Source of the DNA: Bryobacterales bacterium
GTDB taxonomy: Bacteria; Acidobacteriota; Terriglobia; Bryobacterales; UBA6623
NCBI GenBank assembly: GCA_963422375.2
Contig: OY729427.2
Location: 1,344,001 to 1,408,000 of the forward strand
Direction: 5' to 3'
Length of the DNA: 64,000 bases
Shown here in pieces: positions 36,808 through 46,051 of this stretch. A program made the translations under genes and the position numbers. The first letter of the stretch is position 1; the number at the start of each line of letters is the position of its first letter. The notes under the pieces were generated by a model. That model did no database searches and was not told where the DNA came from. It was given only the letters and a program-made list of their open reading frames with translations.

Positions 36808-38394
36808 ATGAGAACGACTCGCCTCGCCTTCCTTGCCGCAGTCTTGGCGGCCGTTGCCGCGACCGTGCTCGCGGCCAAGCCCCCGAACATTCTCTGGCTG
36901 TCGATCGAGGACACCGGCCAGCAGGTGGAGCCCTACGATCCGTACGCCCGCACGCCGAACATCGCCCGGCTGGCCCGGGAAGGGGTGGCGTTCCTCGAGG
37001 CGTATTCCCATTCGCCGGTTTGCGCGCCGACGCGCTCTGGCATCATCACCGGCATGTACCCGACCGCGATCGGGACGCACCACATGCGGTCGCGGATGGC
37101 CCCGCCACCGTTCGTGCGCGCCTTTCCCGAGCGCCTGCGGGAGCTCGGCTACTACGCCACCAACAACTCGAAGACCGACTACAACTTTCCCGTGCCGGTC
37201 ACGGCCTGGGACGACTCCAGCCGCACCGCGCACTGGAAGAACCGGCCCGACCCCGACCAGCCGTTCTTCGCGGTCTTCAACTTCGGCAGCTCCCACGAGG
37301 GCTCCGTGCGCCGCCAGTTCCAAGCCCGGTCGGAAGATCCCGAAACGGCCATCCACGACGCCGCGCGCCTGCCGCTGCCGCCGTACTACCCGGACACCCC
37401 CAAGGTGCGCGACGCCTGGGCCGCCTACTACGACGTGGTCACGACGACCGACCGCGTGATCGGCGAGATGCTGGACGAGCTAGAGCAGGCGGGCCTGGCC
37501 GACGAGACCCTAGTGGTCTTCTGGGGAGACCACGGGGCGGGTCTCGCGCGCGCGAAACGCTGGATCTACGACTCCGGCCTGAAGATTCCGCTCATCATGC
37601 GCTGGCCGGGCAGGATCGAGCCGGGCACGCTGCGAGCCGATCTGGTGCAGTTCCTCGACCTCGCGCCGACGATGATATCCGTCGCGGGCGGGCGGCCGCC
37701 GGCGCACCTGCACGGGAGGGTGATCCTGGGCGACGCGCGGGGACCCGAGCCCGCGTACCTGTACCACGGTCGAGACCGGATGGACGAGCGCTACGACATG
37801 ATCCGAGGCGTGCGCGACCGCGGGCATCTGTATGTCCGGAACTTCGAGTCGCACCGTCCGTGGGTGCAGTTCATGCGCACCCCCAGCCAAGGCCCGGTCT
37901 ACCAGGAGCTAGCGCGACTCAAGGGCACCGGCGGCCTCGGCCCGCTCGCCAGGCCGTTCATGCAGGACACCAAGCCCTACGAGGAGCTCTACGACGTCCG
38001 GGCCGACCCCCACCAAGTCTTCAACCTAGCCTCGGATCCCGCCTACGCGGACGTGCTGCGGCGGCTGCGAGGGGAGCTGCTGGACTGGATGCGACGCACC
38101 GACGACAAGGGCCTGGTGCCCGAGCCCGAACTCTACCGCCGGATGTTCGACAACGAGTCGAGCGCCGAGACCGAGCCTCCGCGCGCGCGCAAGGCCCCTG
38201 GCCGCGACGGGACGGTCAGGGTGAGCTTGGCAGCCCGAACCCGGGGAGCCTCGCTGGGTTTCCGGCTCGTCGCAGGCGACGGCCGCTGGCTGCCCTACAC
38301 GGGCGAGATCGTTCTCGGGCGAGGGCAGGCGCTGGAAGCGATCTCCCAGCGCCTCGGATTCGCGCCCAGCGCCGTCGTTGCCGTCAGCAACTGA
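36808..38394 (+). CDS. Sulfatase family protein
   Basis: PNILWLSIED, CAPTRSGIITG, WGDHG, RDRMDERYD, EELYD..ADPHQ..NLA. Confidence 0.92.
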   Translation: MRTTRLAFLAAVLAAVAATVLAAKPPNILWLSIEDTGQQVEPYDPYARTPNIARLAREGVAFLEAYSHSPVCAPTRSGIITGMYPTAIGTHHMRSRMAPPPFVRAFPERLRELGYYATNNSKTDYNFPVPVTAWDDSSRTAHWKNRPDPDQPFFAVFNFGSSHEGSVRRQFQARSEDPETAIHDAARLPLPPYYPDTPKVRDAWAAYYDVVTTTDRVIGEMLDELEQAGLADETLVVFWGDHGAGLARAKRWIYDSGLKIPLIMRWPGRIEPGTLRADLVQFLDLAPTMISVAGGRPPAHLHGRVILGDARGPEPAYLYHGRDRMDERYDMIRGVRDRGHLYVRNFESHRPWVQFMRTPSQGPVYQELARLKGTGGLGPLARPFMQDTKPYEELYDVRADPHQVFNLASDPAYADVLRRLRGELLDWMRRTDDKGLVPEPELYRRMFDNESSAETEPPRARKAPGRDGTVRVSLAARTRGASLGFRLVAGDGRWLPYTGEIVLGRGQALEAISQRLGFAPSAVVAVSN

Positions 38395-38442
38395 CGCTCC
38401 GCGCCCGCCGTCAGACGGCGGGCGCGCCGTCCGGCCCGCCTG

Positions 38443-39504
38443 CTACGGCAGCGTCGGCTCCTCGATCCCGTACTCGACGTCCAGCGCCTTGAGGAATGCC
38501 ATCAGGTCTTCCTTCTCGGTATCGGACAGGTTGGCATTCTTGGCGTCGGCGAGGTTCTTCTCGTCCAGCCACTCGTTCTCCCTGCCGCCGTCGAGCATCA
38601 GGTCGACGGCCTCTTCCAGCGTAGCCACGCTGCCGTCGTGGAAGTACGGGGCGGACTTGGAGATGTCGAAGAGGCTGGGCGTCTTGAACGCCCCGGTGTC
38701 CTCCTCGGCGCCCGAGACCTTGGCGCGCCCCACGTCGGGACTCTCCGCGTCCATGCCGATACCGACATTGTGGTACTGCTTGTCGGCCAGCAAGCGGCCG
38801 TCGTGGCAGTTGGTGCACTTGGCCTTCTCGGAGAAGATCGTCCAGCCCCTTAGTTCCTGCTCGTTCAAGGCCGCCTCGTTGCCGGCCATGTATTCGATGA
38901 AGCGAGAATTCTCGGTGGTGGTCACGATGGTGCGCATGAAGGACGCCACCGCCAAGGACACGTTGTCGGGAGTCGCGGGTCCGCCGAAGACCGCCTCGAA
39001 CTGGTCCGCGTAGCCGGGAATTTCGTTGAGCTTGGCGCAGATATCGTCCATCGACGGCGCGCCGTCGTTGCCGGACGCGCCCATGTTGCCTCCGCTCCAA
39101 GCGCCCTGCACCTGCTTCTCGAGCGCCCCCGAGCGCCCGTCCCAGTACAGCGCGTCGTAGTAGCCCACGTTCCACATCGTCGGGGCGGCCCTAGTCAGCT
39201 GCTTGTCGAACGCGCCCAAGGCCGTGGCACGGCCGTCGGTCAGGCCGTGTTCCTTGAGATGGCAGCCGTAGCAGGAGCGATTGCCGTCGCCGCTCAGACG
39301 CTCGTCGTAGTAGAGCTGCTTTCCGAGCGCGACCTTGGCCTCGGTCAGGGGATTGTCGGCGGGAACCACCATCTCCTCGTAGCCGGCGATTTCCGGCCAG
39401 GCCGGCGGCTGGGCCGAAGGTTCGGCCGGCGGCTCCCCGTCTCCTGTGCAGTGCAGCATGAGCAGCGACAGGGTCAGCGCAAGGCAGGCGTGCAATCGAG
39501 TCAT
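38443..39504 (-). CDS. Di-heme cytochrome c peroxidase (CCP/MauG family), probable lipoprotein
   Basis: CYGCH and CTNCH, LGKQLYYD.RLS, WDGR, FKTPSL, PYFHDGS; GAGGAG RBS; minus-strand TATAAT at 39564-39569. Confidence 0.93.
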   Translation of the reverse strand: MTRLHACLALTLSLLMLHCTGDGEPPAEPSAQPPAWPEIAGYEEMVVPADNPLTEAKVALGKQLYYDERLSGDGNRSCYGCHLKEHGLTDGRATALGAFDKQLTRAAPTMWNVGYYDALYWDGRSGALEKQVQGAWSGGNMGASGNDGAPSMDDICAKLNEIPGYADQFEAVFGGPATPDNVSLAVASFMRTIVTTTENSRFIEYMAGNEAALNEQELRGWTIFSEKAKCTNCHDGRLLADKQYHNVGIGMDAESPDVGRAKVSGAEEDTGAFKTPSLFDISKSAPYFHDGSVATLEEAVDLMLDGGRENEWLDEKNLADAKNANLSDTEKEDLMAFLKALDVEYGIEEPTLP

Positions 39505-39674
39505 TCCAGGATCTCCTCAGGCGCGCGGCCCGGCGGTCGGAGTCCGGTACCGCGCACGGGGCCATTATACTTGCCCGCCAAGCCGCCACCGAACGGGCAA
39601 TCGCGCACCCGGCCGAGACGCGCGGACTGTCGAAGACCTAGGCCGGCGCGGCGCGAACCCGCATGCAGGGCGGG

Positions 39675-41318
39675 CTAGAGCGAAGGCACCGGGCGCGTCT
39701 CGGATCCGAACAGGAATTCGCTGGCCCGAGCGAGCTCGCCGGGAGGCGGACGGACGACGCGGGGACGCACCAGGACCAGAAGCTCCCGACGGCTCCAGCG
39801 ACGCTCGTTCCGCCGAAACAGCGCGCCGAGCCACGGGATCTGTCGCAGACCCGCCAGCCCGCCCGAAAGCCTCCGGCGCTCGTAGACCGCGGTCCCGGAG
39901 ACGATCGCGAACTCGCCCGTCCGCAGGCGGACCCGCGACTGGAACTCGCGGTTGCCCAGAACTGGAACGCCGTTGACCGCTCCCCCGGCAAGAAACTTGA
40001 AGCTCGCCTCCAGCAGCAGCGTGACCTCGGCCGAGCTGTGGATCAGCGGCGTGACCGAAAGCACCAAGCCGAGATCCTGGAAGGTGATGCTCGGGGGCGG
40101 CTGGACGTAGCCCTCGCCCCTGGGCCGCGACCCGCCAGAGGAGTACTGCGCGGTCGCGATCGGATAGCTCTCCCCGACCTTGAAGTCGGCCTTCGCGCCG
40201 TGCAGGCTCCGGACCTGCGCGTTGCGGAGCGACTCCGCCGCGCTGGCGTCGAGGCGGGCCTCGAGCGATGCATCGCCGACGGTCAACCCGAGCAGCGTGT
40301 CGCCCCCGCCGACAGCGATCAGCCTCGCCGTTCCGGCGGCACCGGGCGTCGCACCGAAGAGAGTGCTGAGGTTCGCGACCGGGAAGCTCGCGGGCAGGTC
40401 GATTCCCGCGCGAACCTGTCGCGATCTCGCGACGGTCAGCAGCCGGATATCAAGGATCGCCGCGGCGGGCGGGTGCAGGAGATCCCCGAGCAGCAGGCGC
40501 GCCATGTCCACCTTGGACACTGTGTCCCGCAAGAGGACGCCCCCCGCCGAGGTCGGGGCCTGCAGCCGCCGGATATCGAGGACCTGCTGCACGGCCTGGC
40601 TGACCTGGGCCACGTCCTCGGGCGTGAACGCGCCGTCGATGGGAATCTTGGCGAAAGCGGCGGTCTCGAGCTCCGCCCGGCGGTCGCTGCTGTCGGTCGC
40701 GACCAGCAGGACGTCGTCGCCTAGCGGCACGGCGAAGGCCCTGCCGAGTTCGCCTAGGGCTCTCATCACGCACAGGAAGCCGCATTCCGAGAGATCCGCG
40801 CGAATCCGCCGGTCGGCGTCGAAATCCTCGTGGAAGACCACCCGCACCCCGAACTCCGCGACCGCCTCCGCGTAGGCCTCGCGGAGCGAGCCGCGGAACT
40901 GAAAGGACGCCGCGTGGCCGGCATAGCGCAGCCGCCTGGGCCGGGTGATCGCCGGCGTGCGACCGGGAGCGGGCGCCGCGCCTGCGTCGCCGGCGTTCCG
41001 CCGCTCGCCTGCGAGCCGCTCGAACTCCCACGAGTCGGGGGCCATCTCGATGGCCGCCCGGTGCTCTCCGGCGGCAGCCAGCAGCTGGGCGGCCTGCCGT
41101 CTGACGCGACCGGCGGCGCGAGCGTACTCGAGCCGCGCCGGATCCAGCGCGCGGGCGCGGCTGTACAGCAGGTACGCCTCGACGTGGCGCCCCTGCCTGC
41201 TGGCGCGGTTCGCCTTCCGGAACAGGTCGTCCGCCGCGCTGCCCGCGAGCGCCGCCGGAACCATGAGCAGCGCCGCCAAAGCGGCGCGAGCGAGTCGGCG
41301 CGAGGCAGCCCCCATCAA
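39675..41318 (-). CDS. Secretin-family outer-membrane protein with TPR-like N-terminus
   Basis: FKVGESYPI, FQDLGLVLSVTP, NREFQSRVRL..GE, IPWLGALFR...RELLVLVRPRVV. Confidence 0.82.
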   Translation of the reverse strand: MMGAASRRLARAALAALLMVPAALAGSAADDLFRKANRASRQGRHVEAYLLYSRARALDPARLEYARAAGRVRRQAAQLLAAAGEHRAAIEMAPDSWEFERLAGERRNAGDAGAAPAPGRTPAITRPRRLRYAGHAASFQFRGSLREAYAEAVAEFGVRVVFHEDFDADRRIRADLSECGFLCVMRALGELGRAFAVPLGDDVLLVATDSSDRRAELETAAFAKIPIDGAFTPEDVAQVSQAVQQVLDIRRLQAPTSAGGVLLRDTVSKVDMARLLLGDLLHPPAAAILDIRLLTVARSRQVRAGIDLPASFPVANLSTLFGATPGAAGTARLIAVGGGDTLLGLTVGDASLEARLDASAAESLRNAQVRSLHGAKADFKVGESYPIATAQYSSGGSRPRGEGYVQPPPSITFQDLGLVLSVTPLIHSSAEVTLLLEASFKFLAGGAVNGVPVLGNREFQSRVRLRTGEFAIVSGTAVYERRRLSGGLAGLRQIPWLGALFRRNERRWSRRELLVLVRPRVVRPPPGELARASEFLFGSETRPVPSL

Positions 41319-41410
41319 ACTCAGGACGCTTGGGCGGGCATGGCCGTGGAAGGCGGTCGCCGAGCTCCCTAGCCCGAGGAGCTACGGGTCGCTCGCAGGG
41401 ACGGGCGTCA

Positions 41411-41500
41411 TGGCGGAGGAAGAGGGATTCGAACCCCCGAGACCCTTTCGAGCCTTGCGGTTTTCAAGACCGCCGCCTTCAACCACTCGGCCATTCCTCC
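41411..41500 (-). tRNA. tRNA-Ser (anticodon TGA)
   Basis: GGAGGAATGGCCGAGTGGTTGAAGGCGGCGGTCTTGAAAACCGC...long variable arm...GGTTCGAATCCCTCTTCCTCCGCCA with encoded CCA; TGcTACGCT extended -10 just upstream. Confidence 0.97.
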
Positions 41501-41571
41501 GTCCCCGCTCAGCGTAGCAGGCGGTCGGCGAGCCCGGCAGCCGAGGCGCGGGAGGTATACGCTGAAATTGA

Positions 41572-42348
41572 ATGCCAGCCCGACTGCAGGGGAGGATAGC
41601 GCTGGTGACCGGCGCGGCCGGAGGGATCGGATCTGCGATCGTCCGGAAGTTCGTCGCCGAGGGGGCGACGGTCGTGGCGAACGACACCACCCTCGCCGAG
41701 GGCTCGCCTCTGGCCCGGGTCGTCAGCGAAGGCGGCGGGCAGGTGGTCGGGCATGCCGCCGACCACGCGCGGGAGCCGGAAGTCGCCTCGATGATTGAGC
41801 GCGTGCGAGAGCTGTTCGGCACGCTGGACATCCTCGTGAACAACGCCTTCGCGTCGTTCAACGACAAGGCTATCGCGGACCTCGAGGAAGCCGACTGGAA
41901 TCGCACCATCGACGCGTGCCTCAAGGGCCCGTTCCTCTCCACCAAGCATGCCGTGCCGCTGATGCAGGCGGCGAACCGGGGCAGCATCGTGACCATCTCC
42001 AGCGTCAACGCCCTGCGCGCCGTGAGCGAGACGGCCTACACCGCCGCGAAGGGCGGGCTGATCTCGATGATGCGGCTCGTGGCCGCGGACTACGCCCGCT
42101 GGAACATCCGGTCCAACGTGATCTGCCCGGGCACGGTCGCCACGCAGGCGTCGATGTCCTACTGGGAGAGGTTCCCGGCCGGTTTCGAGACGCTGCTCGG
42201 CCTGTACCCGCTCGGGCGCATCGGGGAGCCGGAGGACATCGCGGACTACGCGCTGTTCCTCGCCTCGGACGAGTCGCGCTGGGTCACCGGGACGGTGCAT
42301 GCCGTCGACGGCGGCCTCATGGGCGGGACCAGGCTGGAGACCGTCTGA
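41572..42348 (+). CDS. Short-chain dehydrogenase/reductase
   Basis: TGAAGGIG, NNA, YTAAK, NVICPG, GRIGEPEDIA. Confidence 0.92.
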   Translation: MPARLQGRIALVTGAAGGIGSAIVRKFVAEGATVVANDTTLAEGSPLARVVSEGGGQVVGHAADHAREPEVASMIERVRELFGTLDILVNNAFASFNDKAIADLEEADWNRTIDACLKGPFLSTKHAVPLMQAANRGSIVTISSVNALRAVSETAYTAAKGGLISMMRLVAADYARWNIRSNVICPGTVATQASMSYWERFPAGFETLLGLYPLGRIGEPEDIADYALFLASDESRWVTGTVHAVDGGLMGGTRLETV

Positions 42349-42377
42349 ACCCGGCCTTTGCTAGACTCCCCAAGGCC

Positions 42378-42974
42378 GTGCGCCGCGGAGTCATAGCGAG
42401 CCTAGCCGTCGCGGCGGCCCTCGGCGGGGCCGCATGCGACTTCGCGCCGTCTGGCGCGGAGCCCTCTCCCGCCGGCCGGGCGCCGGGCGCCGGCGTGCTA
42501 AGCGACCGGCTGGCGGAGGCCGCGCTCGCGGGCAACCGGAGAGCGGTGGAAGCCATGCTGCCCGACGCGGACGTCAACGCCAAGGACACGGGCGGCCGGA
42601 CCATGCTGATGCTCGCAGCCTACGACGGGCACGCGGACACCGTGCGGCTGCTCTGCGAGAGCAAGGCCGACCCCAACCTGATGGACCCGAGCCGCCGCAC
42701 GGCGCTGATGTATGCCGCGTCGGGGCCCAATGCATCGACCGTCGAAATCCTCCTCGCCCACGGCGCGCAGGTCAACCTCATCGACGGAGAGGAAGGCTGG
42801 ACCGCGCTGATGTTCGCCTCGGCGGAGGGCCACGCGGATATCGTGCGCATGCTCCTCGCGGAGGGGGCCGATCCCGATCTCATGGACATCGACGGCGAAT
42901 CGGCTCTGACCTTCGCTAGCAACAACGGCCACGACAGCGTGGTCGAGATCCTAAGCGGATCCCGCGCGCGGTGA
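42378..42974 (+). CDS. Ankyrin-repeat protein, probable lipoprotein
   Basis: GRTMLMLAA, RRTALMYAA, GWTALMFAS, GESALTFAS repeats; N-terminal LGGAAC. Start approximate. Confidence 0.88.
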   Translation: MRRGVIASLAVAAALGGAACDFAPSGAEPSPAGRAPGAGVLSDRLAEAALAGNRRAVEAMLPDADVNAKDTGGRTMLMLAAYDGHADTVRLLCESKADPNLMDPSRRTALMYAASGPNASTVEILLAHGAQVNLIDGEEGWTALMFASAEGHADIVRMLLAEGADPDLMDIDGESALTFASNNGHDSVVEILSGSRAR

Positions 42975-44125
42975 ATCGCGGGCCGTCACTCCCAGCGGCC
43001 CTGGCCGTGGCTTTCCGGCCGGCCGCGCGGCTGCTCCTGTGCGCGGCGGCAGCGCTGCCGGGCGCGCCGGCCCACGAGTTCGAGATCACGCCGGTGACGG
43101 TCGTGATCACCGGAGACGGCGGGTTCCAAGCCGATGTCGGCCTGGACGCCGACGCCCTCGCGCTCGGGCTGCCGCTAGAGACGGACGCCGAGCGCGTCGC
43201 CCGGGGCATGCGGGACCTGCCGTCCGCGGCATTCGGCGCGGCCGTGGAGAGGGCCCGCGCTGCCGTGCGGCACGACATACGAATCGCGTTCGACGGCGCG
43301 CCCGCGGCCTTCGAGGTCTCCTTCCCGCATCTCGGCACGCCCGCCGCGAACCGGGCCGATCCCCCCACGGTGCTGGGCACGCTCGCGCGCCTGCACGGAA
43401 GCGTGCCCGAGGGGGCCGCGGCGATCAGCTTTCGGGCGCCGACTCGATACAAGACGGTGTCGCTGCGACTCGTGGCGCCGGGCCGTGCGGAGCCGCTGGT
43501 CGCCCTGCTCGAGGCCGGCGCGGCCGGACCGCCGCTCAATCTGGACGAGACGTCAGGCACGGGCCGCGGCAGGGGAGTCCTGCTGGACTACCTCGGTCTC
43601 GGCTTCAGGCACATCGTGCCCGATGGCCTCGACCATATCCTGTTCGTCCTAGGGCTCTTCCTGCTGAGCGCCCGAGCGCGGCCGCTGCTCTACCAAGTCA
43701 CGGCGTTCACGGTCGCCCACTCGGTGACGCTCGCGCTGTCGATGCAGGGCATCGTGTCCCTGCCGGAGCGCCTGGTCGAGACGCTGATCGCTCTGTCGAT
43801 CTGCTGGATCGCCGTCGAGAACATCGCGACCTCGAAGCTGCAGCCCTGGAGAGTGGCGCTGGTGTTCTGCTTCGGCCTGCTGCACGGCCTCGGCTTCGCG
43901 GGCGCCCTGGGCGAGCTCGGCCTCCCCGAAGGGCGCTTCCTCGCCGCCTTGGCCGGGTTCAACGCGGGGGTGGAGCTGGGCCAGCTCGCCGTCGTAGGGC
44001 TGGCGCTCGCCCTCGCGGGCCGCTTCCGGCACCTGCCGGGCTACCGCCGCTGGGTGACCGTCCCGTGCTCGGTCGCGATCGCGGCAGCCGGCGCGTGGTG
44101 GTCGCTGACGCGGGCGCTCGGGTAG
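42971..44125 (+). CDS. HupE/UreJ-family membrane protein
   Basis: LGFRHIVPDGLDHILF, TAFTVAHSVTL, FGLLHGLGFA, FNAGVELGQL. Confidence 0.9.
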   Translation: MNRGPSLPAALAVAFRPAARLLLCAAAALPGAPAHEFEITPVTVVITGDGGFQADVGLDADALALGLPLETDAERVARGMRDLPSAAFGAAVERARAAVRHDIRIAFDGAPAAFEVSFPHLGTPAANRADPPTVLGTLARLHGSVPEGAAAISFRAPTRYKTVSLRLVAPGRAEPLVALLEAGAAGPPLNLDETSGTGRGRGVLLDYLGLGFRHIVPDGLDHILFVLGLFLLSARARPLLYQVTAFTVAHSVTLALSMQGIVSLPERLVETLIALSICWIAVENIATSKLQPWRVALVFCFGLLHGLGFAGALGELGLPEGRFLAALAGFNAGVELGQLAVVGLALALAGRFRHLPGYRRWVTVPCSVAIAAAGAWWSLTRALG

Positions 44126-44174
44126 CGCGGGCCCGCGGAGACGCCCCGAAACTGCTCTGAAGTAGACTCGGGGA

Positions 44175-45164
44175 GTGTTCAAAGTCTGGACCGAGCGGCC
44201 CCTCCTGCCGGACTGCGTCCCCTTGCTGGAAGGCATTGCCGAGCCCGTAGGACCGGGGGCGGCGACCCCGGACAACTTCCTCGCAGCGTTCCCGGAGGCC
44301 GATTGCGTCCTCGCCGGCGGCATGCGCTACGACGGTCCGCTGATGGACCGAGCCCCAAGCCTGCTCGTGATCTCGAGAATGGGCATCGGCTACGAGAATG
44401 TCGACGTCCGGGCGGCTACCGAGCGCGGAATCGCCGTGACCTACACGCCGGACGGACCCACCATCGCTACCGCCGAGCACGCAATAGCGCTCATGCTCGC
44501 CGTCGCCAAGGACCTCAAAAAGGCCTCGCAAGGGCTGGTCCACGACCGCCGACCCGACCATTACGGGCGGCACTCCGCCGTCGAGATCTTCGAGGCGCGC
44601 GTCGGCCTCGTGGGCCTGGGAAGGATCGGATCGCGGGTGGCCCGTATCCTGACGGCGGCCGGCGCGAGCGTGGCGGCGTACGATCCCTACATCGACGACG
44701 CCAAGGCCGCGGAGCTGGGTGCCCGGCGCGCCCCCTCGCTCGATCGCCTGCTGGGCGAGTCCGATATCGTTTCGCTGCACTTGCCCTTGAACCCGTCCAC
44801 GCGCCGCCTCATCGGACCCAGAACCTTGGCCCTGATGAAGCCGGGAGCAATCCTGATCAATGTCTCCCGAGGCGGGCTCGTCGACGAAGCGGCCCTCCTA
44901 GAGGCGCTGAACAGCGGCCGCCTGCGCGGCGCAGGGCTTGACGTCACCGACCCCGAACCGGCGGCGGCGGACAGCCCGCTGCTGCACCGCAACGACGTGA
45001 TCGTGACGCCTCACGTGGGATCGGCCACCTACGCGGGCAAGCGGAGAATCCTGTCGATGGCGATCGAGAACCTCGGGCTGGCGCTGCGGCGCGAGAGACC
45101 GCGGCATCTGCTCAATCCGGACGCCTGGGAGTCCCTGGCCGAGCGGGTCGCGCGCCGGTCCTAG
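44175..45164 (+). CDS. D-isomer-specific 2-hydroxyacid dehydrogenase (SerA-like)
   Basis: GIGYENVD, AEHA, GLGRIG, SLHLPL, INVSRG, LDV..PEP, TPHVG. Confidence 0.9.
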   Translation: MFKVWTERPLLPDCVPLLEGIAEPVGPGAATPDNFLAAFPEADCVLAGGMRYDGPLMDRAPSLLVISRMGIGYENVDVRAATERGIAVTYTPDGPTIATAEHAIALMLAVAKDLKKASQGLVHDRRPDHYGRHSAVEIFEARVGLVGLGRIGSRVARILTAAGASVAAYDPYIDDAKAAELGARRAPSLDRLLGESDIVSLHLPLNPSTRRLIGPRTLALMKPGAILINVSRGGLVDEAALLEALNSGRLRGAGLDVTDPEPAAADSPLLHRNDVIVTPHVGSATYAGKRRILSMAIENLGLALRRERPRHLLNPDAWESLAERVARRS

Positions 45165-45199
45165 CCTCCCGGCGAGCGGGCCCGGCGGCGTCTGCTACC

Positions 45200-46033
45200 T
45201 TGATCCAAGGTCGGGGGCCCCGGCCCGACGTCGCGGCGCGGACGCAGCCCGTTCCAAGTCCATTGCGAGCCTGCGTCCTAGGCAGCGGATCCAGCGGCAA
45301 CGCCACTTTCGTCGGCACCGACCGGGCGCGCGTCCTGTTCGACGCCGGGCTGAGCTGCAGGCAGATACAGCTGCGCCTGGCGGCGGTCGGCGAGGACTTC
45401 CGCTCGCTGGACGCCGTGGTCGTCTCGCACGAGCACTCCGACCACGTCAAGGGCCTCGAAGTGCTGGCCCGCAAGACGGGGGTCCGGATCTACATGACCC
45501 GGCTGACGGCGATGGCCGTGGCTTGGAAAGGTGCCGCGCCGGAGATCTCGCCGTTCGAGGCCGGTCGCGAGATCGCGGTCGGCGATCTCGAGATCTCGAC
45601 GTTCACCGTCTCGCACGACGCCGTCGATCCTGTCGCCTTCGGCGTCCGGCGCAACGGTCGCAAGCTCTCGATCGTGACCGATCTCGGGTACCTGACCGAC
45701 TCGGTCCGATACCACGTGGCGGCTTCCGACCTGCTCGTGCTCGAGTCGAACCACGACCTCGAGATGCTGAAGGCGGGCCCGTATCCGTGGGAGGTCAAGC
45801 AGCGCGTGCTGAGCAAGAGCGGCCATCTGTCCAACGCGGCCGCGTGCAAGTTCCTAGCCACGGACTGGGACCGCCGCTCGCGCAGGATCGTGCTGGCTCA
45901 CCTCAGCGGCAACAACAACAACCCGGCGATCGCCGAGATGGACGCCCGGGAGGCGCTCTCCTCCGCCGGAGCGAGGGCGACCGAGGTCTGCGTCGCCACC
46001 CAGCACGCGCCGACACCGGCCTTCGACGTGTAA
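45200..46033 (+). CDS. MBL-fold metallo-hydrolase (YycJ/WalJ-like)
   Basis: LGSGSSGNA, SHEHSDH, SHDA, TDLG, ESNHD, GHLSN, HLS..NN. True start may lie up to about 60 nt downstream. Confidence 0.9.
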   Translation: MIQGRGPRPDVAARTQPVPSPLRACVLGSGSSGNATFVGTDRARVLFDAGLSCRQIQLRLAAVGEDFRSLDAVVVSHEHSDHVKGLEVLARKTGVRIYMTRLTAMAVAWKGAAPEISPFEAGREIAVGDLEISTFTVSHDAVDPVAFGVRRNGRKLSIVTDLGYLTDSVRYHVAASDLLVLESNHDLEMLKAGPYPWEVKQRVLSKSGHLSNAAACKFLATDWDRRSRRIVLAHLSGNNNNPAIAEMDAREALSSAGARATEVCVATQHAPTPAFDV

Positions 46034-46051
46034 AGGAGACGCCATGAGTGG

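Noticed and set aside
41411..41500. tRNA-Sec (given selD nearby), or the tRNA as an integration site
   Set aside because: The anticodon is TGA (Ser), not TCA, with a normal 7-bp acceptor stem; no integrase or duplicated 3' end was seen.
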